A model generated the notes under the pieces. The model was given only the letters and a program-made list of their open reading frames with translations. It had not been told where the DNA came from and ran no database searches. Of a stretch of 64,000 nt of DNA, positions 55,534 to 64,000 are shown one piece after another (position 1 is the first letter of the stretch; the number at the start of each line of letters is the position of its first letter). Both the position numbers and the translations under genes were made by a program. The DNA is from an uncultured Nitrospirales bacterium. Its GTDB lineage: Bacteria > Hydrogenedentota > Hydrogenedentia > Hydrogenedentales > Hydrogenedentaceae. The DNA lies in NCBI GenBank assembly GCA_964549105.1, contig CAZJTZ010000014.1, positions 13,681-77,680 of the forward strand, read 5' to 3'.

Positions 55534-58500
55534 ATGACAAAACTAAAAAGTTTTTGTGAAAACTTGGAAAATATAACTTATGAAAAAGCAAAAGAAATTT
55601 TAAAAGCTTTGTTTGACCTTAAATCTTTTGAGGAAGATTTAACTGATGAACAAATAGAAACATTACTTGACATTGATGAAAATCCAGAAAAATTTGATGA
55701 ATACTTGAAAAAGAAAGAAGAGAAAGAAGCAAAAGAGAGAGCAAAAGAAGAAAAGGCAGCAAGCAAGATAAAAAGAAAAAAAACAGAGGAAAAAGAAAAA
55801 GGGAAAGAAGGAGAAGTTAAGGAAAAACCTCGTTCAAGAGTAAAAAAGACAAAGGTAGCAGAAGAAACAAAAGAAACTACTGAAATTGATTCAGAGACAA
55901 AAACAAAAACTGCCGAAAAGAAAAGAAAAACTAAAAAAGAGACTCATGCAGAAGAAACCAAAGTATTGGAAGCAGGAGAAATTATAGAAGGCGAAACGAA
56001 AAAGAGAAAAGGGGTTAAAAAAACTATTCAAGAAGATGTAGAGCAAGATTTAAAAGAAAAAAAAGAAGAGGTTAAGCCAGTATTAGACAAAAAGGAAGAG
56101 GTTAAAAATGTAGAAATTCTTGAGCCCACAATAATTTCCAAAGAAGCAGTATCCAATTCTAAAAAAGAAACTCAGACTCTTCCTGTAGAACCGACTATTG
56201 AACAAAAAACTATCCATCGTGCAGAGATAGTGTCTGAAGAAGAGATTCAGCCATCTAAAAAAGTATATGTAGAAGAAGTAAAGAAGAAAAAGAAACCAAA
56301 AGAGCAAAGTGCCGGAATTAGTATTGGAGGTGCCGTAGAAGAGACAGAACCCGTTGTAGAGATTGTCCTTTCTAATGGAACAAGAACTCGAATTGACGAT
56401 ATGAATTTCGACGAAAAATTATTGATAGCACAAGCAGCAGAGGCAAACGCAGAAGAAATATCAGAAGTCGAAGAAGAAACATATAGATATGAATTTGAAG
56501 AACGAAAAAAACATAAAAAGTTATTAAAACATCTGCCTGTTCCAGACCCGGATGTTGTTGCAAAAGTAAAAAAAGAATCAGAAGAGAGATTAAAAAGAAA
56601 AAAAGAAAAGAATCGTCCTAAAGAGGTAATAAGAGAGGTAATAAAAGAGGTAGTAGTAGATAAAGAACATTTGTTCCAGGGGAAAAAAGAAAAAGAAGGA
56701 AGATTTGACAAAAAGGAAAAAAGAAGAGGAAAACCATCCAGATATGAACCCATTTTTAATGAACAAGAAATTATGAAAGAGGCAGCGGCCGTAGTCAAAG
56801 AGTTTGAGTCTTCTGGCTCTGTCTTCCATCTAAAAAAGAAGAAGAGAAGAAAGGAAAGGACATCTATTTTTGAAGATAGTATGGAAAAGGTTGAAGTTCC
56901 TGTTATTGAAGTACCGGGTCCGATGACCGTGGAAAGTTTGTCGCAGGCATTAGAAGTCTCTCCATCCGATATTATTGTTGATTTGATGGATTTAAATGTA
57001 ATGGCGACAAAGAATCAATTAATTGATTTAGATACAATCCGTTTTATAGCACAGAAGTATGGAGTAGAAATCCAGTTAGTTATACCTGAAGAGGAAGAAA
57101 TATTAGTAGAAGAAACTGATAACCCTGAAGATTTGGTCCCACGGGCGCCTGTGGTAACTGTAATGGGACATGTTGACCATGGTAAAACATCGCTATTAGA
57201 CCGTGTTCGTTCTACCAATGTGGCTGCTACAGAATCTGGGAATATTACTCAGCATATCGCTGCTTACGAAGTAATGACACCAAGTGGTAAAGTCGTTTTT
57301 CTTGATACCCCCGGACATGAAGCCTTTACACAAATGCGAGCCAGAGGAGCAAAAATAACAGATATTGTTATTCTGGTCGTTGCTGCGGATGATGGAGTTC
57401 AACCCCAAACAATAGAAGCAATTGACCATGCAAAAGCAGCCGAAGTATCTATTATCGTTGCAATAAATAAATGTGATAAGCCTGATGCACAACCTGACCG
57501 TGTTCGTCAGGAATTGGTTGCTTACGATTTAGTTGATGAAGCATGGGGTGGAAAAACAATTATGAAAAATATCTCAGCAAAAACAGGGGAAGGCGTCAAC
57601 GAGTTACTTGAGTTAATTCTTCTTCAATCACAAATGATGGAACTTAAGGCAAATCCCAAGAAAAAGGCACGCGGAACTGTAATTGAGGCAGAAATAAGTC
57701 GAGGGTTTGGACCAGTTGCATGGGTTTTAGTCCAGAACGGTACCCTTAGAACGGGGGATGCATGCCTTGTAGGAAGCACTTTTGGAAAAATAAGAGCCAT
57801 GTTCAATTCAAAAGGAGAACTTATTCGGGAAGCACCTCCTTCCACTCCTGTACTAATATCCGGACTAGAAGAACTACCAGAGGCTGGGGATACCTTTGTC
57901 GTTGTAGACGATGAAAAAAAGGCAAAATTAATTGCAGAAAAGAGGCAGGAAATTAAGAAACTCCAGAAAGGGGAACCTGCTAAAGCTATTACCCTCGAAG
58001 ATTTTCATACTTTGGTCGAGTTAGGAGAACAGAAAAAACTCTATATTCTTATCAAGGCCGATGTGCAGGGTTCTGCGGATGTTTTAAAATCAAGTCTATC
58101 TGGATTAGGTAACGAACAAGTCGGTGTTGAGATTGTTCGGTCAAGTGTTGGAGAAATAAACGAAACCGATGTGTTATTGGCTCAGGTAAGTAAAGCCGTT
58201 ATAATCAGTTTTAATGTAGGAGTTAACCCAAGAGCGCAAAAATTGGCGGAAGAGACAGGAGTAGAGATACGAAAATACGAAATTATTTATGATATTTTAG
58301 AAGATGTAAGAAAAGCCCTCTCAGGACTTTTAAAACCTATAGTTCAAGAAGTTACTGTAGGCCATGCTGAGATTAGACAAATATTCAAATCTTCTTCATT
58401 AGGAAATATTGCTGGTTGCTCTCAATTAGATGGCGTCACACCTCGAGGTGCTTTAGTGCGTGTTATCCGTAACGGAAAAGTGATATGTGAAGATAGAATT

Positions 58501-58647
58501 AGTTCATTAAAAAGAGGTAAAGATGATGTTCGCGAGGTTGCTACTGGTTTCGAATGTGGAATTAAACTAGAAAAATTTGACGATATTAAAGAGGGAGACA
58601 TTATAGAATCCTATCGGTTAGAGGAGATACGACCCTCTTTGAACTAA
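55534..58647 (+). CDS. infB: translation initiation factor IF-2
   Basis: 1037 aa. Long Lys/Glu-rich N-terminal region, then the GTPase domain [28 protein letters not shown], followed by the IF-2 domains II-IV. Confidence 0.95.
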   Translation: MTKLKSFCENLENITYEKAKEILKALFDLKSFEEDLTDEQIETLLDIDENPEKFDEYLKKKEEKEAKERAKEEKAASKIKRKKTEEKEKGKEGEVKEKPRSRVKKTKVAEETKETTEIDSETKTKTAEKKRKTKKETHAEETKVLEAGEIIEGETKKRKGVKKTIQEDVEQDLKEKKEEVKPVLDKKEEVKNVEILEPTIISKEAVSNSKKETQTLPVEPTIEQKTIHRAEIVSEEEIQPSKKVYVEEVKKKKKPKEQSAGISIGGAVEETEPVVEIVLSNGTRTRIDDMNFDEKLLIAQAAEANAEEISEVEEETYRYEFEERKKHKKLLKHLPVPDPDVVAKVKKESEERLKRKKEKNRPKEVIREVIKEVVVDKEHLFQGKKEKEGRFDKKEKRRGKPSRYEPIFNEQEIMKEAAAVVKEFESSGSVFHLKKKKRRKERTSIFEDSMEKVEVPVIEVPGPMTVESLSQALEVSPSDIIVDLMDLNVMATKNQLIDLDTIRFIAQKYGVEIQLVIPEEEEILVEETDNPEDLVPRAPVVTVMGHVDHGKTSLLDRVRSTNVAATESGNITQHIAAYEVMTPSGKVVFLDTPGHEAFTQMRARGAKITDIVILVVAADDGVQPQTIEAIDHAKAAEVSIIVAINKCDKPDAQPDRVRQELVAYDLVDEAWGGKTIMKNISAKTGEGVNELLELILLQSQMMELKANPKKKARGTVIEAEISRGFGPVAWVLVQNGTLRTGDACLVGSTFGKIRAMFNSKGELIREAPPSTPVLISGLEELPEAGDTFVVVDDEKKAKLIAEKRQEIKKLQKGEPAKAITLEDFHTLVELGEQKKLYILIKADVQGSADVLKSSLSGLGNEQVGVEIVRSSVGEINETDVLLAQVSKAVIISFNVGVNPRAQKLAEETGVEIRKYEIIYDILEDVRKALSGLLKPIVQEVTVGHAEIRQIFKSSSLGNIAGCSQLDGVTPRGALVRVIRNGKVICEDRISSLKRGKDDVREVATGFECGIKLEKFDDIKEGDIIESYRLEEIRPSLN

Positions 58648-58689
58648 CGATTACGCTCAAACAAATAAATAGAGAAAGTTAAAAATGGG

Positions 58690-58971
58690 GTAGCCGTTGG
58701 TATATTACATTTAGATTTTTATATACACGGTTCAGGTTCATTAAAAGAAAAACGCCGTGTAGTTAAAAGTCTAATCAGCCAGATACAAAATAAATTTAAC
58801 TGTTCTGTAGCAGAAACGGAGTATCTCGACCTGTGGCAAAGAGCCCATATAACAATTTGTGTAGTATCCAATGAACATCAATTTACGAATAGACAACTCA
58901 ATGAAATAGCAAAATTTGCATCAACCCATACAGATGCAGAAATGATTGATTATAGGATTGAAATGTTATGA
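58690..58971 (+). CDS. DUF503 (YlxP-like) protein; start codon unresolved
   Basis: Not in the ORF track. Manual translation of the frame open from 58669: (IEKVKNG)VAVGILHLDFYIHGSGSLKEKRRVVKSLISQIQNKFNCSVAETEYLDLWQRAHITICVVSNEHQFTNRQLNEIAKFASTHTDAEMIDYRIEML*. This is the typical DUF503 pattern, in the typical position between infB and rbfA. There is no in-frame ATG/GTG/TTG near the N-terminus. The stop TGA (58969-58971) overlaps the rbfA ATG (ATGA). Confidence 0.65.
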   Translation, partial: VAVGILHLDFYIHGSGSLKEKRRVVKSLISQIQNKFNCSVAETEYLDLWQRAHITICVVSNEHQFTNRQLNEIAKFASTHTDAEMIDYRIEML

Positions 58972-60317
58972 CACAAAAAGGAAGAATTGAAAGAGTAGCA
59001 GAATATATTCGTGAAGAAGTTGCAAAACTTTTAATTGATGGAATAAAAGACCCGCGACTCGGTTTTGTCTCCGTTATGGGAGTGAAAATGTCTAAAGACT
59101 TACGATATGCAAATGTATATGTAAGCCTTTATGGAGATGAAAAACAGCGAAAAAGTTCTCTTGTCGTTTTGCAAAATTCTACAGGTTGGGTCAAATCCAT
59201 GATAGGGCAAAACCTACATTTGAGATACATACCAGATATTAAATTTTTCCCTGATGACAGCCTTGACCGTGTCTATGCAATGGAAGAAGTATTTAATAAG
59301 ATTCATCAAGGGAAAGCAGAACAACCCTTTATTCACCTGGACTTAAAAACTACTATTGAAGAAATGCAATCCGCAAAACGAATTATGATAACTACCCATG
59401 AGAGACCTGATGGAGATGCTATAGGAAGTTTACTCGGTCTATGGTATTGGCTCGAATCTCAAAATAAAGAAGTAATACCTTTGATAGAAAAACCTGTACC
59501 CAGTATGTATTCTTTTCTCCCCAGAGCGAATCAAATTCATTTTTTGGAAGATGAAAACCTTCCGCAAATAGATGTAGATACTGTGGTAATAGTAGATGTC
59601 TCTTCGCTAAACCGTATTGGAGAAGTCTCTGAAAAGATTAAAACTTCTCATAAAATAGTTATATTAGACCATCATGAGACGATAGAAGCAAATGGTTTAA
59701 TGGGTTTTATAGATGCTTCTTATGCCGCCTGTGGAGAGATTATCGCAGAAATATTTATAAACACAGAAACCCCTTTTACAGTAGAATCTGCAAAATGTTT
59801 GTATGTAGCACAAGCAACCGATACTGGTGGGTATCGTTATTCAAACACAACCCCGCGTTCCCATCGTATTGCTTCGGCCTTATTAGAAACACAGTTTGAC
59901 CTGGAAACAGTAAATACAAAGATATTTGATACAAGAACAATTCCGCAGTTTGAACTGCTAAAACGCATTTTAAACCATACAAGAATAGAGGCAAATGGAA
60001 AAATTTCCTATAGTTATTTAACACAGAAAGATTTTGAGCAGGTAGGTGCCACATTAGAAGATTGTCACAATTTGGTTGATTTCCTCAGGGACATCGAAGG
60101 CATAACCGTTGGTATCCTATTTACAGAGATGAGTTCTGATAAAACAAAGGTTAGTCTTCGTTCTCGAAAAGAGTTCAATTCTGGAGAATTTTTAACCCAA
60201 TATGGAGGAGGTGGCCATAGATGTGCCGCAGGAGGAACCCTAAATCTCCCATTAGAAAAAGCAAAGTCAGAACTCATTGAAGAAATAGAAAAAGAACTAT
60301 ACAAAATAAAGAAGTAA
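58968..60317 (+). CDS. rbfA: fusion protein: ribosome-binding factor A (N-terminal ~116 aa) plus DHH/DHHA1 phosphoesterase NrnA-like (C-terminal ~320 aa)
   Basis: Single 449-aa ORF. RbfA part: RIERVAEYIREEVAKLLIDGIKDPRLGFVSVMGVKMSKDLRYANVYVS...LHLRYIPDIKFFPDDS. NrnA part: ITTHERPDGDAIGS, VIVDVSS, ILDHHET, ATDTGGYRYSNTT, GGGGHRCAAGG. Confidence 0.85.
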   Translation: MTQKGRIERVAEYIREEVAKLLIDGIKDPRLGFVSVMGVKMSKDLRYANVYVSLYGDEKQRKSSLVVLQNSTGWVKSMIGQNLHLRYIPDIKFFPDDSLDRVYAMEEVFNKIHQGKAEQPFIHLDLKTTIEEMQSAKRIMITTHERPDGDAIGSLLGLWYWLESQNKEVIPLIEKPVPSMYSFLPRANQIHFLEDENLPQIDVDTVVIVDVSSLNRIGEVSEKIKTSHKIVILDHHETIEANGLMGFIDASYAACGEIIAEIFINTETPFTVESAKCLYVAQATDTGGYRYSNTTPRSHRIASALLETQFDLETVNTKIFDTRTIPQFELLKRILNHTRIEANGKISYSYLTQKDFEQVGATLEDCHNLVDFLRDIEGITVGILFTEMSSDKTKVSLRSRKEFNSGEFLTQYGGGGHRCAAGGTLNLPLEKAKSELIEEIEKELYKIKK

Positions 60318-60325
60318 CTTTTTCT

Positions 60326-61216
60326 ATGGATGGGATACTATTAATCAACAAACTTTCAGGCATGACCTCTCATGATGTCGTTGACTATGTGCGAAAAAAA
60401 ACAGGAATAAAAAAGATTGGTCATACTGGAACTTTAGACCCCAATGCCACAGGCTTACTTATCCTTTGTATAGGAAAAGCAACACGTTTGTCTGAGTTCT
60501 TTATTTCTATGGATAAAACTTATGAGGGAAAGATGCGTTTAGGAGTTGTTTCCGATTCCCATGATATTGACGGAAACATATTAGAGGAAAATCAAATACC
60601 TGCCGATATGACAGAAGAAGTGCTAAAAAAGTATTGTTCTGAATTTGTAGGTGAAATTGAACAAATCCCACCTATGGTAAGTGCAATTAAAATGGGTGGA
60701 AAAAGATTATACAAAATGGCAAGAGAAGGATTGTCAATTGAAAGACCACCTAGAAAGATAAAAGTTTATGAGTTTTTTATATTAAAAGTAGATTTGCCTT
60801 ATGTCTGGATTCGAGTCTCTTGTTCAAGGGGAACTTATGTTCGAACTTTATGCCACGATTTGGGCAAAAGAATAGGATGTGGGGCTATTCTTACGGAACT
60901 AACACGCATAAGGATTGGTAATTTTACATTGAATAATACCATTCCTCTCGAATCAATCACTTCCAAGGAGGACATAGCAAAGCACATTATACCTATATCC
61001 GAAGCACTTGACCTGCCGTATGTCATAGTGTCAAAACATGGAGAAAATATTTTTTGCAACGGAGGAAAGATATTAAGAGAAGAGATACAGGAATTACGAG
61101 AGGGAACTATTGAATGGGTTAAGGTGTTTAATGAGGAAAATAAATTTTTAGGTTTGGCAACTATACAAAAGACCGCAGCAGGACCATATATAGTGCCACG
61201 ACGAGTGTTTTGTTAA
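60326..61216 (+). CDS. truB: tRNA pseudouridine(55) synthase
   Basis: 296 aa. Family-typical stretches: GILLINKLSGMTSHDVV, the catalytic Asp motif GHTGTLDPNATGLL, IEQIPPMVSAIKMGGKRLYK, CSRGTYVRTLCHDLG, and a C-terminal PUA-like region. Confidence 0.93.
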   Translation: MDGILLINKLSGMTSHDVVDYVRKKTGIKKIGHTGTLDPNATGLLILCIGKATRLSEFFISMDKTYEGKMRLGVVSDSHDIDGNILEENQIPADMTEEVLKKYCSEFVGEIEQIPPMVSAIKMGGKRLYKMAREGLSIERPPRKIKVYEFFILKVDLPYVWIRVSCSRGTYVRTLCHDLGKRIGCGAILTELTRIRIGNFTLNNTIPLESITSKEDIAKHIIPISEALDLPYVIVSKHGENIFCNGGKILREEIQELREGTIEWVKVFNEENKFLGLATIQKTAAGPYIVPRRVFC

Positions 61217-61227
61217 GTGGAATTTTA

Positions 61228-62172
61228 ATGGAACTTATAGAAGATATTCGAAAAACTAAAGTATCAGATAAAAATTTAGTCCTTACAATCGGCAGTTTTG
61301 ACGGTGTTCATTTAGGACATGTCGAAATTTTGAAAGAGGTTGTCTCATTAGCCCATTCTCATAAAGGAACGCCATGTGTAATGGTATTAAGACCTCACCC
61401 ACGCACATATTTCTCGCCTGACACACCACTCAATATTTTAACTTGTGAAGAAAAACAAGAAAAATTATTTAAAGAAATAGGCATTAAAATTACAGCCGTC
61501 CTGCCATTTAACCAGGAAACAGCAAATTTATCATCTGAACAATTTATAACTGAAATTCTTCTCAATCTTGAAGGACTTCGTTGTATTATAGTTGGCCATG
61601 ATTTCAGATTTGGGAAAGAAGCAAAAGGTGATTTCAAATTATTGAAGGATTTTGGGAAAAAATATAAGTTTGAGGTAAAACAGTTTCCACCTTTGGTAAT
61701 TCAGGGTGAAAGAGTGAGTAGTTCGCTTATACGGGAACTTGTTCTGGAAGGTGAGATGGAAAAGGTAGTCCAATTTTTAGGAAGGAGATATTCTATACTG
61801 GGGAAAGTAATACCTGGTAGAGGGATAGGTAGACAACTGGGCTTTCCTACTGCCAATATTTCCCCTTTTCATAATGCTATTCCTCCACATGGGGTTTATT
61901 CGGCAGAATGTGTATTACAAGATGGTCGTGTTTTACCTGCCGCTGTGAATATCGGAATAGCCCCGACTATCCGACAACAAGACTTTGCCATTGAAGCACA
62001 TATTCTCGATTTTGGTGAGCAAATATTAAATCAAAATGTGGAATTAGTATTTCACAAGCACTTAAGACCAGAGAAAAAATTTTCAAGTAAAGAAGAATTG
62101 ACACAGGCAATAAGTGAAGACATAAACGCAATAAAGCATTATTTTGGTGAATATTACAAAAAAAGCAGTTAA
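61228..62172 (+). CDS. ribF: bifunctional riboflavin kinase / FMN adenylyltransferase
   Basis: Track ORF starts at TTG 61210; I prefer ATG 61228 (MELIEDIRK). Family-typical stretches: LTIGSFDGVHLGHVEIL, GHDFRFG, RVSSSLIR, GRGIGRQLGFPTANI, GVYSA, EAHILDF, LRPEKKFSSKEELTQAISEDI. Confidence 0.9.
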   Translation: MELIEDIRKTKVSDKNLVLTIGSFDGVHLGHVEILKEVVSLAHSHKGTPCVMVLRPHPRTYFSPDTPLNILTCEEKQEKLFKEIGIKITAVLPFNQETANLSSEQFITEILLNLEGLRCIIVGHDFRFGKEAKGDFKLLKDFGKKYKFEVKQFPPLVIQGERVSSSLIRELVLEGEMEKVVQFLGRRYSILGKVIPGRGIGRQLGFPTANISPFHNAIPPHGVYSAECVLQDGRVLPAAVNIGIAPTIRQQDFAIEAHILDFGEQILNQNVELVFHKHLRPEKKFSSKEELTQAISEDINAIKHYFGEYYKKSS

Positions 62173-62233
62173 CAAAACCATAACTTGGATAAAATAGTCT
62201 TTATACAAAGCATTTTAAATAAAAGTTGAAGAT

Positions 62234-64000
62234 ATGAGAATTACTAAGAAATTCAAATATAATTGTTTTGCAATTTTGTGCATGATTCTGTTCTTTTTTG
62301 TTCCTTTCCTTTTCTCATCTTGCTCAAAAGATAAGTATAAGGAATCCGCAGATAAAGAGGCTCTTCAAATCATTACTTCCAAAAGTGGAGCCGTTCCCGG
62401 AATGCTGAAAGAATTTAGCATAGAATCAGACAAAGAATATGACCCCTTAAAAGATTTGCCTGCTTATGTGGAGACAGAAGAAGCCTTTAAGGCAAATTCC
62501 GATGGGGACTCAAAATATTATGTTTTATCTCTTGAAAAGGCTCTTGAAATATCCATGAATTGTAGTAGAGAATATCTCACACGAAAAGAGACTTTATATC
62601 TATCCGCTTTAAGTCTCACATTAGGACGATATAAATATACCCCTATATTTTCAAGTAAAAGTCAGGGTACACTTACCCAACAAACTTATGATAAAAGTGT
62701 TCCATCAGATTATACTCGTGCAATGAATGTATTAGGAACTTCAATTTCGGGTATACAAACTCTTACTGGGACTTCTGCACAACTGTTAAGTCAGTATCAT
62801 CAAGTACTTGAACAGGCTGGAGATGTAGCAGGTTGGACTCAGCCAAACATTCAAATTGAGGATAAACAATCAGCGGAAGGCTCTATACAAACGGGTGTAT
62901 CCATGCTGTTGTTGGGAGGTGGTAAACTTGCACTGCAATTAACCAACAATTTTTTTCGGTTTTTGAACGGTTCGTCAAATGAAGAAGCAGGAAGTATACT
63001 CTCCGCTTCATTTACACAGCCATTGTGGAGAGGGAGAGGAAGAGACATTGCTGCGGAGGAATTGACGCAGGCAGAGAGAGATGTTTTATATGATTTAAGA
63101 GATTTTACTCGTTACAGACAGGAATTTGTTGTAAGAATATGTAAAGCATACTTTTCAGTGTTAGAACAACGAGATATGGTTAAAAATAATCATCAAAGTT
63201 ATTTGAATTTTAAAGCAAGTTATGAAAGAGAAAGTTCATTTGCTCAGGAAGGGAGGAAAACACTTACAGAGGTAGGACGAATTCAGCAGGCTTTATTAAG
63301 TGCCGAAGATACATGGATTAATTCATTAAGAAGTTATAGAGAAGCGTTAGACGAATTTAAAATTTCCATTGGTTTGCCAACGGATAGCCCTATTATGCTT
63401 GACCCACAAGAATTGGTTAACTTAAAAGAAGGGGGGTTAAAACATCCACAAATATCTGATGAAGATGCAGTAAGAGTGGCATTGGTGACACGATTAGAAG
63501 TGTATACAAAAAAGGATGCGGTTGATGACTGTATGAGAAAAATAAAAGTTGCTGAGAACGCCTTGAAACCGGGGGTTGATTTGTTTTTAGGAGGCACAGT
63601 TGCAAACCATGGGAAAACAGATTTTGAAGATTTGGATTTTCGAAGAGGAACTTATAGTGGCGGACTGGATTTGGATTTACCTTTGAGTCAAAAAGAGGAA
63701 CGAAACGCCTACAGAGTGGCTCTGATAAATTATGAACGAGCCCATAGAGAATTGTCTTTAACAGAGGACCAGGTAAAATTAGATGTCAGAACTTCATGGA
63801 GAAATCTTGAACAGGCAAAAAGGAACTATGAAATAGCACAAAAGAGTGTTGAGTTAAGTCAACGCCGTGTAGAAGAGCAAAATCTACTTGCAGAATTAGG
63901 TCGAGCCACTGCACTGGACTTAGTTGATGCTCAAAACGATTTGACTCGAGCACAGAATAACTTAACCTCAGCGTTAATAACCCATAATATAACCCGTCTC
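62234..64000 (+). CDS. TolC-family outer-membrane efflux protein, probable lipoprotein (partial; continues past the window end)
   Basis: Not in the ORF track because no stop occurs before the edge. ATG 62234: MRITKKFKYNCFAILCMILFFFVPFLFSSCSKD (lipobox-like FSSC). Open for 589 codons to nt 64000. Typical OEP repeats: ...AEELTQAERDVLYDLRDFTRYRQEFVVRICKAYFSVLEQRD... and ...NYERAHRELSLTEDQVKLDVRTSWRNLEQAKRNYEIAQKSVELSQRRVEEQNLLAELGRATALDLVDAQNDLTRAQNNL. Confidence 0.8.
   Translation, partial: MRITKKFKYNCFAILCMILFFFVPFLFSSCSKDKYKESADKEALQIITSKSGAVPGMLKEFSIESDKEYDPLKDLPAYVETEEAFKANSDGDSKYYVLSLEKALEISMNCSREYLTRKETLYLSALSLTLGRYKYTPIFSSKSQGTLTQQTYDKSVPSDYTRAMNVLGTSISGIQTLTGTSAQLLSQYHQVLEQAGDVAGWTQPNIQIEDKQSAEGSIQTGVSMLLLGGGKLALQLTNNFFRFLNGSSNEEAGSILSASFTQPLWRGRGRDIAAEELTQAERDVLYDLRDFTRYRQEFVVRICKAYFSVLEQRDMVKNNHQSYLNFKASYERESSFAQEGRKTLTEVGRIQQALLSAEDTWINSLRSYREALDEFKISIGLPTDSPIMLDPQELVNLKEGGLKHPQISDEDAVRVALVTRLEVYTKKDAVDDCMRKIKVAENALKPGVDLFLGGTVANHGKTDFEDLDFRRGTYSGGLDLDLPLSQKEERNAYRVALINYERAHRELSLTEDQVKLDVRTSWRNLEQAKRNYEIAQKSVELSQRRVEEQNLLAELGRATALDLVDAQNDLTRAQNNLTSALITHNITRL

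Noticed and set aside
55700-56900. Highly repetitive AAG/GAA-rich stretch, considered as a possible tandem-repeat or low-complexity element
   Set aside because: It is the in-frame Lys/Glu-rich N-terminal region of IF-2, which is variable and charged in many bacteria. There is no exact repeat unit and no frame disruption.
1-64000. Search by eye of all intergenic regions over 100 bp (2217-2577, 5387-5861, 16349-16721, 17073-17578, 22019-22227, 28142-28452, 29713-29964, 47374-47589, 53826-53939) for tRNA, rRNA, tmRNA, SRP RNA, CRISPR repeats, IS ends and att-like flanking repeats
   Set aside because: I found no cloverleaf-compatible sequence, no conserved RNA consensus I could recognise, no regularly spaced direct repeats, and no transposase or integrase ORF. 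Absence is by inspection only; tRNAscan-SE, Infernal and CRISPR finders should confirm it.

Overview
Visibly AT-rich bacterial chromosomal segment. I cannot place the taxon from sequence alone; the prepilin-type pseudopilins, many exported beta-sandwich proteins and glycoside hydrolases suggest an uncultivated glycan-degrading lineage. I support about 56 protein-coding genes. By eye I found no rRNA, tRNA, CRISPR array, transposase or integrase.

Housekeeping blocks:
- rimP-nusA-infB-DUF503-rbfA::nrnA-truB-ribF (53.9-62.2 kb)
- rph-rdgB-tsaC-rpiB-hslU-pgeF (49.3-53.8 kb)
- lon-polX-nth-CPBP (41.9-47.4 kb, minus strand)
- rpsT, ilvE and a RidA-family gene

Carbohydrate and other metabolism genes:
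- GH116 with a large insertion, an alpha-galactosidase-like hydrolase and a BNR/sialidase-like propeller next to an HGSNAT-like membrane acyltransferase
- galK, an orphan MalK-type ATPase, and DUF47+PiT
- a PaaK-ACT-PaaK trio

Less ordinary parts, ranked by my interest:
1. 14.1-22.0 kb: a roughly 600-aa coiled coil ending in a GspE-N/MshEN-type (c-di-GMP receptor-like) domain without any ATPase. It sits beside a GspI/J/K-like minor-pseudopilin operon whose K-like member is 776 aa, followed by an exported HEAT-repeat protein.
2. 24.6-29.5 kb: a stand-alone GHKL ATPase tightly followed by three exported or membrane hypothetical proteins. It lies next to a DUF1016 PD-(D/E)xK nuclease gene interrupted by one in-frame TAG.
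3. 6.1-11.4 kb: an exported TPR-HExxH peptidase plus two paralogous beta-sandwich-array proteins whose C-terminal thioredoxin folds lack the CxxC.
4. A membrane protein with a minimal caspase/CHAT-like His...Cys module.
5. An RbfA-NrnA gene fusion, and a DUF503 ORF with no in-frame start codon.

All family assignments come from motif recognition by eye. No database search was run.
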